A stretch of DNA of 64,000 nt from Azolla caroliniana (GCA_043228905.1 JBHGNT010000015.1:4464001-4528000), one strand, 5' to 3'; positions 1 through 12,750 are shown, numbered from the stretch's first letter. Translations and numbers: made by a program. Notes: generated by a model not told the origin, from the sequence alone.

Positions 1-3000
1 ATCAAGAGTATATGTGAATCACTTGCTTCTATCAATGTGAAGATAGAAGATGATGACAAAGTGGAAATATGCTTAAGAGGCTTAGGACCTCAATACAAGA
101 GTTTTAAAACTTCTATGCTCACAAGGGATAGTATCCCAAGTTTTTCAGATCTGGTCTCAATGCTTGTGGTAGAGGAAAGGAATCAGATGGATGATGCAAA
201 TAAAGGAAACTCAGAGAACGAGGGGCAAGCCCTCTATAATAATGCCGGAAGAGGCCGAGGAAGAGGCCATGGAAGATTTGGCTCAGGAAGAACCAATAAT
301 AATGGCTTTCAAGGAAGAGGACAACAAGCTCATAGAGGAGGAAACAACAACAGAGGCAGGGGGAGCAACCGAGGTAGAGGTAAGCAAACTTATGTAAATG
401 ATGATGGCTGCTGGTATTGTGGTAAACCAGGCCATACACAGGCTGAATGTTACAAGAAACAAAATGATGAGAAAAGAGGAAAAGGACAACAGAGTAACTA
501 TGCCTCTACTAGTGAAGATTGTGAAAAGGAAGGTGTTTTTGTAGTGCAACATGAGATAGCAGCAGTGGCTGAAAGCTCACAGAAATGTAATGAAGAGTTT
601 ACGTGGTATGTAGACTCGGGGGCATCTAACCATATGACTGGACATGCAAATTGGTTTGAGAGTTTAAGAGAACCAGAGGTTCCTGGTTATGTACAAACAG
701 GTGATGACACAACTCACCAAATAAAACATGTTGGAGATATCCCATTGTGGGAAGAAAGAGGAAAAACCAAGTATATGTTGAATGTGATGCATGTTCCAAA
801 CCTTGCTAAGAATCTGATTTCTGTTGGACAGATTGTAGAGCAAGGTATGCAAGTGAAGTTTAAGCAAAGTGGATGCTATATAGAAAAGAATGGGAAGCTC
901 ATTGCAAAAGGGAAGAGACAAGGAAGAATGTTTATCTTGGATGTAGAAATGCCCAAACAGATTTCAGCCATGTTTGCAAATGGAACGAGTGTAATCTCAG
1001 ATGTGGAAATGTGGCATAAAAGGATTGGCCATATAAGTATGCAAACATTAAAGAATATGTTGAGAAAAGATGCAGTGGCTGGACTGCCAAACTTGAAAAA
1101 GTGTGAAATGGGAAAAGTATGTGAAGCATGTCAATATGGTAAGCAAAACAGGTTGCCATTCCCTCATGAAAGACATGTAAGTAAAAATTTGTTGGATTTG
1201 GTACATACAGATGTATGGGGACCAACAAAGAATGCATCTATTGGTGGATGCAGATTTTATGTTACATTTATTGATGATTGTTCACGGAAGACATGGGTGT
1301 ACTTCATGAAGGAGAAAAGTGAAGTATTTGACCGTTTTCGTAAGTTTAAATGCATGGTAGAAAAGCAGGCTGGTACAAGGATAAAATGTTTGAGATCTGA
1401 TGGAGGAGGAGAGTATTTCTCCAATGAATTTTCTGATTTTTTGTGTAATCAAGGAATAAGAAGACAGTTCACATGCCGATATACTCCACAGCAAAATGGA
1501 GTTGCTGAGAGGAAAAACAGAACTTTGGTGAACATAGCAAGGGCAATGATGACTGAGAAGAACATGCCATTATACTATTGGGCAGAAGCTGTAAATACAG
1601 CAAATTACATTTTAAATAGATGTATTACATCAGGAGTACATGAGGCAACTCCTGAAGAGTGTTTTTATGGCAGGAAGCCTAGCTTACAACACTTGAAAGT
1701 GTTTGGATGCCTTGCATATGTACATGTGCCTGCAGAAGTAAGAAGTAAGTTGGATCCAAAAGCAGAAAAATGTATCTTTGTTGGATATTCAGAAGAACAA
1801 AAAGGGTACAGATGTTATAACCCTGTGACTAAAAAGATTGTGACAAGTCGAGATGTGATATTTGATGAGTTGGCTAGTTGGTACAGCCCAAAACAGAATC
1901 TAGAGACTGATGAAGACTGTCAAAATGAAGACAAAGACAGATCAGAAAATGTAGAAGACTATCACAGAGATGGAGACAAGGTTGGACAGCAAAGTCCAAC
2001 ATCAACAGAATGTTCTGGACCATCAAAAAGCTCAGATGGTAAATCTGATTCAAATTCATGGAGTGGAAAAACTGGACAGAAAAAATCTGATAACAAAAAA
2101 GGAAAACAGAAAATGCCAGAGTATGAAATCCCGGATGACCTATCAAAAAACATGGAAGATGAAGATTCAGATATGTCTTTGGATGATTTCCTTGGAATAC
2201 AGGAAATGAAAATCCCTGGTATGGAAAAGGAAATAAAGAATGCAAATCAGAAACTGAGAAGATCAGATAGAGAGAAAAAGATTGTGGAAAGATTTGGGTA
2301 TGATACATATATGGCTATGCACTATGCATATATGTCTAAGGTGGTACAGATCCCTGACCCAAACAGCTTTGAAGAAGCAAAATCTGAGAAGAAATGGATG
2401 GATGCAATGCAAGAAGAGATTGATGCATTGGCTGAGAACAAAACGTGGGATTTAGTGAAGTTACCAAAAGAGAAAAATGTGGTAGGCTGCAAATGGGTCT
2501 ACAAGACAAAGCATGACTCCAATGGAAATGTAAGTAGACATAAAGCAAGATTGGTTGCAAAAGGATATGCTCAGATGCAAGGGATTGATTATGATGAGAC
2601 TTTTGCACCGGTTGCAAAGATGGCAACCTTGAGAACACTACTTGCTGTAGGAGCAGCCAGAAAATGGATTTTGCATCACATGGATGTAAAAAATGCTTTT
2701 TTACATGGTAACTTGGAAGAAGAAGTGTATATGAGTCAACCACCAGGTTTTGAAGATAAGAAACAACCTGATTATGTATGTAAGCTGAAAAAAGCTCTCT
2801 ATGGACTGAAACAGGCACCAAGAGCATGGCACAGAGAACTTTCAGATTCTCTGAAAAATCTTGGTTTCAAAATGTCAAAAGCTGATCCTTCTTTGTATGT
2901 AAAAAGTGAAAATGATTGCATTGTTATTATTCTGATTTATGTAGATGATTTGATTATTGGAGGAGATTCCGTGGATGAAATAAGAAAGTTGAAAAAAAAT

Positions 3001-3918
3001 CTGGAAATGCAGTTTCATATGAAAGATTTGGGAGATCTGAGATATTTTCTTGGTATTGAAATCATCAGATCTGAAAGTGGTATATGTATGTTGCAAAAAC
3101 AGTATGCAACAACTATGTTGAAAAAGTATGGTATGCTTGGATGCAAACCTATTGCTGTACCACTTGATAAAAACTGCAAGTTGAGGGCTGATTTGGGAGC
3201 CAAGATAGAAGATGTAAACATGTACAGGTCTATGGTGGGCAGCCTTATTTATTTGACTATAACAAGACCTGATTTGAGCTATGCTGTTGGATTAGTCAGC
3301 CAGTTTATGCAACAGCCAACAAAGCCACATTTGGACTGCATCAGAAGGATTCTGAGGTATGTAAAAGCTACTCAGAACTATGGATTGTTTTACAGGGCTG
3401 ATTTGGACATAAATCTGGAAGGATACACAGATGCTGATTGGGCTGGAAGCCAAACAGACAGGAGATCCACAAGTGGATACATGTTTACCTTGGGAAGTGC
3501 AGGAATTTCATGGAGTAGCAAGAAACAGGCTACTGTTGCATTGTCCAGTACAGAAGCTGAGTATAGAGGGGCTGCAATAGCCACATGTGAAGAAGTATGG
3601 ATCAGAAGACTGCTTGCTGATCTGGGAGTATATATAGATGGTGCTGTCACAATCTGGTGTGACAATATGAGCAGCATTCAGCTTGCAAAGAACCCAGTGT
3701 TCCATGCAAGAACAAAGCACATTGAGGTGCATTATCACTTTGTTAGAGAAAAAGTGATTGAAGGAGAAGTTGATCTGGTGTATGTGAATACAAATCAGCA
3801 GGTTGCTGATATTCTCACAAAGGGATTGAGTGTGGAAAAACATACACAGTTTCGGAACATGATGGGAGTTGTAAACATTGATGAGATGGCTAAAAAGCAA
3901 AATGGAAAAGAAGATTGA
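1..3918 (+). CDS. Ty1/copia gag-pol polyprotein, uninterrupted; 5' end lies outside the window
   Basis: Open frame from base 1. Domains in copia order: gag C-terminus, CWYCGKPGHTQAEC zinc knuckle, protease WYVDSGAS, GAG-pre-integrase WHKRIGH, integrase (HTDVWGP, RSDGGGEY, QQNGVAER), RT (YVDD), RNase H (YTDADWAG, CDN, HARTKHIEVHYHF). Confidence 0.97.
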   Translation: MKSICESLASINVKIEDDDKVEICLRGLGPQYKSFKTSMLTRDSIPSFSDLVSMLVVEERNQMDDANKGNSENEGQALYNNAGRGRGRGHGRFGSGRTNNNGFQGRGQQAHRGGNNNRGRGSNRGRGKQTYVNDDGCWYCGKPGHTQAECYKKQNDEKRGKGQQSNYASTSEDCEKEGVFVVQHEIAAVAESSQKCNEEFTWYVDSGASNHMTGHANWFESLREPEVPGYVQTGDDTTHQIKHVGDIPLWEERGKTKYMLNVMHVPNLAKNLISVGQIVEQGMQVKFKQSGCYIEKNGKLIAKGKRQGRMFILDVEMPKQISAMFANGTSVISDVEMWHKRIGHISMQTLKNMLRKDAVAGLPNLKKCEMGKVCEACQYGKQNRLPFPHERHVSKNLLDLVHTDVWGPTKNASIGGCRFYVTFIDDCSRKTWVYFMKEKSEVFDRFRKFKCMVEKQAGTRIKCLRSDGGGEYFSNEFSDFLCNQGIRRQFTCRYTPQQNGVAERKNRTLVNIARAMMTEKNMPLYYWAEAVNTANYILNRCITSGVHEATPEECFYGRKPSLQHLKVFGCLAYVHVPAEVRSKLDPKAEKCIFVGYSEEQKGYRCYNPVTKKIVTSRDVIFDELASWYSPKQNLETDEDCQNEDKDRSENVEDYHRDGDKVGQQSPTSTECSGPSKSSDGKSDSNSWSGKTGQKKSDNKKGKQKMPEYEIPDDLSKNMEDEDSDMSLDDFLGIQEMKIPGMEKEIKNANQKLRRSDREKKIVERFGYDTYMAMHYAYMSKVVQIPDPNSFEEAKSEKKWMDAMQEEIDALAENKTWDLVKLPKEKNVVGCKWVYKTKHDSNGNVSRHKARLVAKGYAQMQGIDYDETFAPVAKMATLRTLLAVGAARKWILHHMDVKNAFLHGNLEEEVYMSQPPGFEDKKQPDYVCKLKKALYGLKQAPRAWHRELSDSLKNLGFKMSKADPSLYVKSENDCIVIILIYVDDLIIGGDSVDEIRKLKKNLEMQFHMKDLGDLRYFLGIEIIRSESGICMLQKQYATTMLKKYGMLGCKPIAVPLDKNCKLRADLGAKIEDVNMYRSMVGSLIYLTITRPDLSYAVGLVSQFMQQPTKPHLDCIRRILRYVKATQNYGLFYRADLDINLEGYTDADWAGSQTDRRSTSGYMFTLGSAGISWSSKKQATVALSSTEAEYRGAAIATCEEVWIRRLLADLGVYIDGAVTIWCDNMSSIQLAKNPVFHARTKHIEVHYHFVREKVIEGEVDLVYVNTNQQVADILTKGLSVEKHTQFRNMMGVVNIDEMAKKQNGKED

Positions 3919-3941
3919 AGAGAACCTCAAGCAAGAATAAG

Positions 3942-3958
3942 TTGAGCTTGAGGGGGAG
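3942..3958 (+). promoter_or_regulatory. polypurine tract (PPT) of the copia element
   Basis: TTGAGCTTGAGGGGGAG directly before the TG that starts the LTR. Confidence 0.85.
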
Positions 3959-4427
3959 TGTTGAGAAGCAAGCTCAACATGGTATGTGATGCTTATGAGA
4001 AATAAGCTATAGTAGCTATTTAGCTACTAGTGAACAAAAAGGTAAAACAGCTATTTAGCTAGTGACAGCTAATTAGCTAGTGAACAGCTATTTAGCGACT
4101 GACAGCTAATTAGCTACTGGCAGCTAATTAGCTGCATGTGTAATAACTTATGACTTAGGTAAAAGTAAGTGAGAGTGAATAGGAAGTAGTAGCAGTAAGG
4201 AAAAAACAGAGAATAGTGAGTAGAGAACTCTGAGAGAGAGTGAGAGACCAGAAGACTGACAAGAGCAAGTTGAGCTCTACATGTAATAGAAGAAAACCAT
4301 TTTGCTACTACAGAGGTAAGTCCCCTTTCCTTTCTCTGTCTGTTTAGAGCACGCTAACGATCCAGCACACTACGATCCGCCGCGCACATAAGAAGAGCTC
4401 GAGTGCCTTCTTCACGTTTTCTTAACA
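3959..4427 (+). mobile_element. 3' LTR of the intact copia element
   Basis: TGTTGA...TTAACA termini after the PPT; repeated palindromic AGCTAATTAGCT-like motifs at ~4005-4135; gypsy gag sequence begins right after it. Confidence 0.85.
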
Positions 4428-7400
4428 CAAAGAAGGAAGGCTCCAATAGCAACTAAGATGACAAAGCAAAGCGAGCTGACCAAAAGAGCGATGGAGAACT
4501 CTGTCATTGAAGAGTTGGCACGAAAATTCGAAGCGGTTTTGTTAGATAATATGAGTCGTAGAGGGCCGAAGGGGAAAGACCCATATAGATGTGTATGGTG
4601 TGATAGTGTTGATCATGCTAGCCTTCAAGAGGCAATTCGACAAAACCTCGTCTACATGGAAGACAACATTATACACTCAAGTGAGACTCAAAAGCCCTTG
4701 CAAGTGAATTTCAGTAGGGGGGGTCTAAAGAAAATCATGGATGAAGATGATGCGAGCCATGTCGAAGCTATACAGTATGCCACATCCACCGGTATAAGAA
4801 TCGGGAAGGAGAAGCTTGGAATGATTAAACCGGGAACGGGGTTTTGGCCAACCGTCCTCGAATACAAAAAAAAGGGAAGATTAATTCAAATGATGCAAAT
4901 CTAACCAACCTTCATGTACAAGACCTTACCGGGTGGGCTGATCCGGTTAATAACAACACGATCTCCATAGAGGTCATATGCGAAACCCACGAAGTGTTTG
5001 TGGCTGAGAAGCGGAAGAGGACGAATCTAGATGAAGGCCCTTCTAAGAAATATGACACAAGTAGCTTTAAGAAGACGGAAGAGATTATCAAGACTACACG
5101 TCAAGAAGATGGAAGCTCAAACAAGAGAGTCGAGGAACCAACTCAACCCATTGAAGAGAATGCCAAGAAGGGGAAGGATAGATCGACGCCAACATACAAA
5201 TTAAGGTTGGATATTGAACAAACAACTAACTTAAGAAAGGTTCTTGAAGAAAGAGTGCTCGATAGCCGTATTGACCTTACATTGAGAGAACTACTTGGAA
5301 TTGCAAAGAAGGAGTTCCATGAGACCATAGTCGATCTTATCAAACGTAAAAGACAACAAGCGGATGAGGAAGAGGGAATTTTGACAAAGGTGACAACCAA
5401 TGCCATAACTATGGCAAGAACGGAAGAGAAAGAAGAAGATCTAGTGGATAGTCATTATACATGACCCCATTGGGCGAGAGCGACAACTAAAACTCCGGTG
5501 AAGATTGGAGAGAAGAAAGAGACATTTGTGGCTCTTATAAACCACGGATCAGAGATTAAACTCATGTCAACGGATTTCTACAAGAAGGGAAGATGGCCTA
5601 TCAACACGAACCATGGATGGAAGATTCGTGCAGCGACGAAGGCCACGGAAGATCTTTATGGAGCATGTCCCAACATTCAAGTCACAATCGGGGATGTAGA
5701 TATTGACCAACACTTTTTTGTCGAAAGATTCGGCTTCCCATTCAGTGATTCTTGGGCAACCCTACATAACATCATCAAGGATGGAGACTAAGGTGTTCGA
5801 TAGTGGAGCAGCATTGGTCAAAAGAGTCTTGATGGTCAAAAGTCGGTTCAATTCTTGACAGTGCGAGCTAATCATGAGAGGAACCGAGATAGCCTCAGAG
5901 ATGAGGCCTCAGATTTTTAACACGGACTATTGAAGAATGGGGCAAAGGTAGTCCGAGAAAAAGTAAGTCCCCGAAAAGAAGAAAGAAGCAAGAAGGAAAA
6001 CTATATTTAGCACCTAATGGTGCATGTGGGATGACTACACTCAATGAGAGAGAGAGAAGCGCCAAGTTCAAAACTTTGAACATTGGCTAAAACAACAAGG
6101 AATATTAGAAGAAGAAGACAGCATATCATGGGTCATGGAAGAAGCCTCATTTAATGATACAATCGGAGAAATAGAGAGTATCATGGACTTGAGCCTTCAT
6201 GAGCAACATACGATTCAAGTCAACTCCATCAACATGTTACCACCATCGACGAATGCCGACAAAGGGTCATGGAGGAGTTGGTCAAAGTAAACACAAAATA
6301 TAAATCAGTAGATAAGAAGGTCAAGCCAGTAGCTATTCCGTTACCGGAGGATAGTTGGCAAAGGATGAAAGAAGTTACCAAGGATCCAAGTCTTAGAGAC
6401 CCAAAAGGGATAGGCCATACCTTCACCGAAGAATCAAGAGGGAAAATCCAAGTTGGGAAGGATGACTTCCTTCTCCCCGAAGAAGAAGAAAGGTGTAAAG
6501 AATCAAGAGATGGATTCTGTGCAACAGAATAGGTATGACTCTGTGTGTGTGTGTATGAGAGAGAGAGTGTGTGTGAGTGAGAGAGACAAGGAGTGAGACA
6601 CAGAGAATATGCAAGGTAAAAGTATATTAACAAAGGAGAAAGACTCAACACATTACAAGGTGGGAGGAGGGTGCTTTATATAGTCACCCTCTCTCTTCAT
6701 TAACTACAAGACTCATAGAGCATGGGGAATGTGAAAGCTCATAAGTTATGTGTCATAGAATATGATTCTATGACTCATACTAAATGCTAGAATACAAAGA
6801 GGTGACATAATGGTGACTCTTGACCGTTGGAGTGTCTATTCACTCTCAAGCTGAGTTCACACACTAGACCAAGTCGACGAACCATACGTCTTCCGGACCG
6901 GAGGCATTAGTTGAGGTAGAGGCCGACATAGAGTTTGCGCTATGTTTCATCATGAACATTCCGCCACAGTCTGAGTTGTGTGCATACATTCCGCCACGAT
7001 CTTCGTAGTCGGAGTTGTGCCCGTACATTCCGCTATACTCTTTGTAGTCATAATTGTGCGCGTAATTCGTGAGTTGTCGGCTTGTGGAAGCCGATTCACG
7101 CATCTTCTTTTGGCACTCTTCTTCGTGGCGGCCGAGCTTTCCGCAATATCCGCATTCAGTTGCGTTTTGACGGCTCGGGCCGGAGTGGAAGCTCCCCCTT
7201 CTTGCAAAGGTTCCTCGTTGGCTTCTGTTTTGCGGCCGAAATTGGGAGTTGTTGTCGTAGGTCGGACCTCGTCCGCCTTGTCCTTGGCCGAATCGGCCTC
7301 TCGCTCATCCGCGTCCTCTTCCTCCGTTCGAGTGCGTGTAGAGCATGTGGCCTTCCGACTCATTGCTCCTTGTACGTACGTGGTTTTCTTTGACCAATAG

Positions 7401-8165
7401 CATTGATTGGAGCTCGAAGAAGGAGGGAGATTTCTCCCTTGCTAGAATGGCGGTTCGCATCACGCCGAACCATGGTGCGAGGCCACCGAGGCATATTTGC
7501 ACCATCTCATCATCATCTATAATTACACTTATCGAGCCGAGCGAGTCGCAGAGCTCCTTGATCTTCAAGGTGTATGTCGTGATGGACATGTTCCTTTGTT
7601 GAATGTTGTTCAACTCTTGGTGGAGTTGAAGCCTTCTTGCGGTTGTGTTCGCCGCGAAAATCTTTCGTAGATTTTCTCATGCCTCCTTCGGCGTCTTGGC
7701 TTCGCGAATGTAGCCGAGCATGTGATCGTGAACACATGTCGCCAAGCAATACATCACGCGGCTTGCGGCTTGCTCCCATGTCGCGTATCCGGGAGCCGCT
7801 TCGGCAAGTCGGTCTTCGTGCTCTCCTTTGATGTAGCTCCAATAGCCTTGTCCGACAAGGTATTGGTGCATCTTGTACTCCCAAGATGCGAAGTTGTTTC
7901 GATCCAACTTCTCGGTAGGGAGAGCGCTCCCCATTTGAGTATTCATTATGTCGATTCTTCTTCTTCTTCTTCTCTCTTCGAATGCGAGCTATGTAGCGAA
8001 GCTACGATAGCGATGAGCCGGTTCTTGGTCGTTAGCGTAGAGCACAACACACGATCACGATGAGGCGAATGGGCTAGATCGAGCTTCCAAATCGCTCTAA
8101 TACCATGTAAAGAATCAAGAGATGGATTCTGTGCAGCAGAATAGGTATGACTCTGTGTGTGTGTG

Positions 8166-8251
<86 letters not shown>

Positions 8252-9720
8252 TGAGAGAGACAAGGAGTGAGACACAGAGAATATGCAAGGTAAAAGTATA
8301 TTAACAAAGGAGAAAGACTCAACACATTACAAGGTGGGAGGAGGGTGCTTTATATAGTCACCCTCTCTCTTCATTAACTACAAGACTCATAGAGCATGGG
8401 GAATGTGAAAGCTCATAAGTTATGTGTCATAGAATATGATTCTATGACTCATACTAAATGCTAGAATACAAAGAGGTGACATAATGGTGACTCTTGACCG
8501 TTGGAGTGTCTATTCACTCTCAAGCTGAGTTCACACACTAGACCAAGTTGAGCTTGATTCTCAACAAAAGGTTTAGGATGATTCTTGAGAGACATGGGAA
8601 AGCCTTCGCCTTCTCTCCACAAGAAATCGGATGTGCCGACCCGAAGATGATAGAGCCGATGGTGACATTTACGGTGCCGCATGTACCTTGGAACCTCAAG
8701 CCGATACCGGTTCCAAGAGCTCACATTCCGAAGTTGATTGAGCTTCTAAAGGAAAAGGTTAGGATGGGAATTCTTGAGCCTTCCAATGCTCCCTACTCCA
8801 ATAGATGGTTTACGGTGCCGAAGAAGAACGGGTCCTTACGCTTTATTCAAGATCTCCAAAACGTCAACAAGGTGACGATCCGAAATGCCGGAATTGGTCC
8901 AAGCGTGGATGAATTTGCCGAAGCCTTCGCGAGAAGATCGATCTATTCCATTGGTGATCTCTACTTGGGTTATGATCAATTTCAATTGTCAGTCGATAGT
9001 AGAGACATTGCAACAATGAGGACACTAATTGGGTTGGTAAGGATGTGCACCTTACCCCAAGGTGAGACAAACTCCGTAGCCCACATGGTGAATGCCATGA
9101 ACAAAGTGTTAAAGGATTGTATTCTTGGTATCACAATGCCCTTCTTAGATGACATTCCGATCAAAGGATGCTTGGTGGAAGAAAAAGATGAATCAAAAGA
9201 TGAAGATGGTTGCCGAAAATTCGTCATCGATCATATAAAGGATAGTGAGAAGGTGTTGCAAAAGCTCGAGGATGCAAATCTCACATTTTCGGGAGAGAAG
9301 TCCACATTTGGTCAACCAGAAGTATTATTAGTTGGACACTTGTGTGGATCTTATGGCTGGAAGCCATCTCTATCCAAGGTGAATGCTATCCAAGAGATGA
9401 AAGAGGAGTGTGAATCCCAAACAAAGGTGAGAAGATTCTTGGGAGCATGTGCGTTCTACCACATATGGATTCCACACTATGTCCATGTCGTTGAACCATT
9501 GTATGGACTACTAAAGAAAAGGAAGAAGTTTGAATGGGAAGAGGAGCATACCTACGCGGTTCAAAAGTTGAAGAAACTATTATTGGAAGCTCCAGCATTG
9601 CGCAAAGCCGACTACACCAAAGATACCGAAGATATATGTGACAGTGGATATGAGCCCAGCCGGAATTGGATGAGTGATTAACCAAGAAGACCAAAACAAA
9701 AATTGGTATGCAATCCGATT
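4428..9720 (+). pseudogene. decayed Ty3/gypsy gag-pol (gag, protease, RT), split by a copia insertion
   Basis: CVWCDSVDH knuckle, degenerate protease ALINHGSEI, RT 8548-9681 (WFTVPKKNGSLRFIQD, LPQG, FLDD). Removing 6494-8571 restores E-E-R-F-R-M. Contains frameshifts and stops. Confidence 0.85.
6494..8566 (-). mobile_element. internally deleted copia element (5' LTR 8106-8566, PBS, gag, truncated 3' LTR 6494-6874)
   Basis: Near-identical LTRs; TSD AAAGG at 6489-6493 and 8567-8571; primer-binding site (PBS) TGGTATTAGAGC at 8105-8094; gag from 7946 (TEKLDRNNFASWEYKM) runs to the protease start DVWFVD and then joins the LTR. Confidence 0.93.
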
Positions 9721-10500
9721 CGTGCGACTTGTGGCAAGGGAGTGTTTGGGCTTGCCCATGCACCTCTCCTTTCACAAAGGCATTCGAAATTGTTTCTCCT
9801 GTGTGTAAACCTTGCTTGTGTGTTCGTGCGACTTGTGGCAAGGGAGCGTTCGGGCTTGCCCATGCACCTCTCCTTTCACAAAGGCGTTTGAAATTGTGTC
9901 TCCCGTGTGTAAACCTTGCTTGTGTGTTCATGTGACTTGTGGCAAGGGAGCGTTCGGGCTTGTCCATGCACCTCTCCTTTCACCAGGGCATTCAAAATTG
10001 TGTCTCCTGTGTGTAAACCTTGCTTGTGTGTTCACGTGTCTTATAACAAGGGAGAGTTCGGGCTTGCCCATGCACCTCTCTTTTCACAAAGGCATTCGAA
10101 ACTTTGTCTCTCGTGTGTGTAAGTAAGCCTTTTCCTTGTGTGTTTGCGTGTCTTGTAACAAGGGAGAGTTCGGGCTTGCCCATGCACCTCTCTTTTCACA
10201 AAGGCATTTGAAACTCTGTCTCTCGTGTGTGTAAGTAAGCCTTTTCCTTGTGTGTTTGTGTGTCTTGTAACAAGGGAGTGTTCGGGCTTGCCCATGCACC
10301 TCTCTTTTCACAAAGGCATTCGAAACTTTGTCTCTCATGTGTGTAAGTAAGCCTTTTCCTTGTGTGTCCAAGTGTAAGCCTTCCTCACGTGCATTCGTTC
10401 GCCTTGTGACTAGGGGTTGATTCGGGCTTGCCCATGCACATCTCCTTTTCACAAACACGTTCAAATACTCGTGCCTTGTTTGTGTAAACCTTCCTTGTGT
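9719..10500. repeat. tandem repeat, ~104-112 bp unit, ~7 copies
   Basis: Recurring CAAGGGAG..TTCGGGCTTGCCCATGCACCTCTC..TTCACAAAGGCATT; units start near 9719, 9822, 9927, 10030, 10142, 10254 and ~10395. Confidence 0.9.
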
Positions 10501-10619
10501 TGTGGGTGTGAGCCCTATTTCCTTCCCGTCCATAACCCTGGCGGTTCCACCTCACGATCCACACATAGTTTTGATATAAATTAGGTTTTTTATTTTTATT
10601 TTTTATAATTGGTAGGCTT

Positions 10620-11340
10620 GACACCACAATTTCGGTGGTTATTACAATAATCGATTATAAATCAACCAAAGGGGCTAAAATAAACCAGTGAATGCGAGTC
10701 TAGTGGGCTCTGAGTCTCACTACTTCCGACTGCTATGTTGCCTCGATTCGGAGTAGCTCTCGTGCCACTACAACCTCCCTTACGCCACCGGCTAACGAGT
10801 TGACTACCACCGAGATGCCGAAGAAGTCATTCTTTAAGAAATCCAAACCATAAAATATCTCGAGTAAAAATTAGAATACTAGAAGCAAAACTCTAAAAGC
10901 CTAAAATACTAATTCCTCTAGTATGTTGAGGAGAAAAGAAGAAACGTAGAAAGAAGAAGCTCTCAAATCCTAACCCTAGAAGGAAAAGATGAAAGAGAAA
11001 GTGATAAGGAGAAAGGGAGGCTACAAAACCCTAACCCTAGAAGAAGAGGAGAAGAAGAGGAGAAGAAGATGAAACCCTAGTGGTACACCCCTAAGCAAAA
11101 ATGGGCAACCCTCAAATAAGCCCTATCGCTCCTCTCTTATAGAGTAAAGAGGAGCTTATTTTAAACGTGCTTTTCTTTCTTTCTTTATCACAAAAATGGA
11201 AGGCAAGAAAAATGATTTGTACAAAAAGAGACTCGAACTCTACACCTCTCTACATATACTTATAAGCCTTAATCACTAAGCTACTACAAGTTACTTATTA
11301 TTTATTTATTTTATTAATTTTTCTACATTATTTCATGACA
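10620..11340 (-). mobile_element. probable LTR or LTR fragment
   Basis: Minus strand starts TGTCATGAAATAATG (resembles the TGTCGT LTR starts at 59715 and 61583); TATA-like TATAAGA at ~11135-11141; A/B-box module at 11229-11283. Left boundary is uncertain. Confidence 0.4.
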
Positions 11341-11699
11341 TGTGTGTGGAACCTCGCTTTTTCTCACAGTGCACACGCCACACCACGACATCCACCCCCA
11401 CCAAACCGCACATCCTCTAGCATGTGCCAAAGAAAAAAGTGATGTGGCGGGGCCAAAGGTTGTCAACCTTTGTTTTTTTGTTTTTTTCTTCTTCGTTGCG
11501 CCTTGCCCTCGTGAAATCCACCATCGTCTTCGACATCATCTCCACGAAATCTTCTTCGTCTGTGTCCATCCTCCCTACCGCTCTTTCACGTCGGGTCACC
11601 AATGTCGCAAAGTTTCACGTGCATGTGTCTCCCCGGTCCAAGGTCCCGGCGGTCCCGTTCGAGCGACACACGCACGTGAAACCAATCCAAAAGGCCTTG

Positions 11700-12750
11700 G
11701 TCACGGAAGATGACCATAACCAGGGAAGAGGTCGGAATTGGAGTTCCCAAAACCAAGACAAATCGGGGACGAGGTCGAAGTCGAGCGGGAAGCCCACTTG
11801 CTTTTATTGCGGAAAGTCAGGGCACTTCCAGAAGAATTTCCAACACTTCCAGAAAGCCAAAGGGGGAACCGACGGTCTGGAACCGAAGAAAATTTCGGAG
11901 AGGAAAGGAACGTCGTTGATCGCGACAAGTGGAGAAGAACTGTTGTTGATCACCGAGGAGAGTGAGTTGCATCTCGTCAACGACAAAACGACATGGGTGG
12001 TTAACTCCGGCGCGTCATTCCATTTTATCCCCGACTAGAAGTGATTCTCATCTTATAGAGCCGGAGAACACGGTTCTGTCCAGATGGGAAATGAAGGTGC
12101 ATGCCAAATTGTCAGCATAGGAGATGTGTGGTCGATGACGTCAACCAGGTGCAAGTTGTTGTTGAAAGATGGCTGACATGTTCTGGAGGTTCGGTTGAAC
12201 CTGATATCAGTCAGTCGGCTAGATGATGAAGGCTACACGGGTAGCATCCGGAATGGAGTAATGAAGTTTTGCAAAGGAAGCTTGATCGTGGCTCGAGCCT
12301 AGAAGCTCAACACGTTGTACCTGATGCATGCCCGGATATGTCGGGAAGAAGTGAACGTGGCATCTGACAAAGCCAGTGATCTATGGCACAAAAGGTTGTG
12401 CCATATGAGCCAGAAGGGAATGCGGAGACTTGCCAAGGATAACCGTCTTCCGGAGGTGAAAGAAGTTCAGCTTGAGAAGTGCATCGATTGTTTGGCCGGC
12501 AAACAAAACCGAACCGCTTTCAGGTCGAGACCACCGTTGAGACGGAATGCACTGTTGGAAGTTATGCATACTGATGTATGCCAACTGGACGCGAAGTCAC
12601 ATGCCGGATCACAATACTTCATGACGTTCATAGACGACCACAACCGGAAGTTGTGGGTCTCACAGTTGAAGAAAAAGGACTAGGTATTATCCATCTTCAA
12701 GGAATTTCACGCGAGAGTGGAAAGGGAAACCGGTTGGAAGCTGAAGGTGG
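11700..12750 (+). pseudogene. degenerate copia fragment (zinc knuckle, protease, integrase N-terminus)
   Basis: CFYCGKSGHF, WVVNSGASFH, LWHKRLCHMS, HTDVC, TFIDDH, with in-frame stops. Confidence 0.85.

Noticed and set aside
9719-10500. CRISPR-like regular repeats
   Set aside because: The sequences between conserved cores are homologous to each other, there are no cas genes, and the context is eukaryotic.
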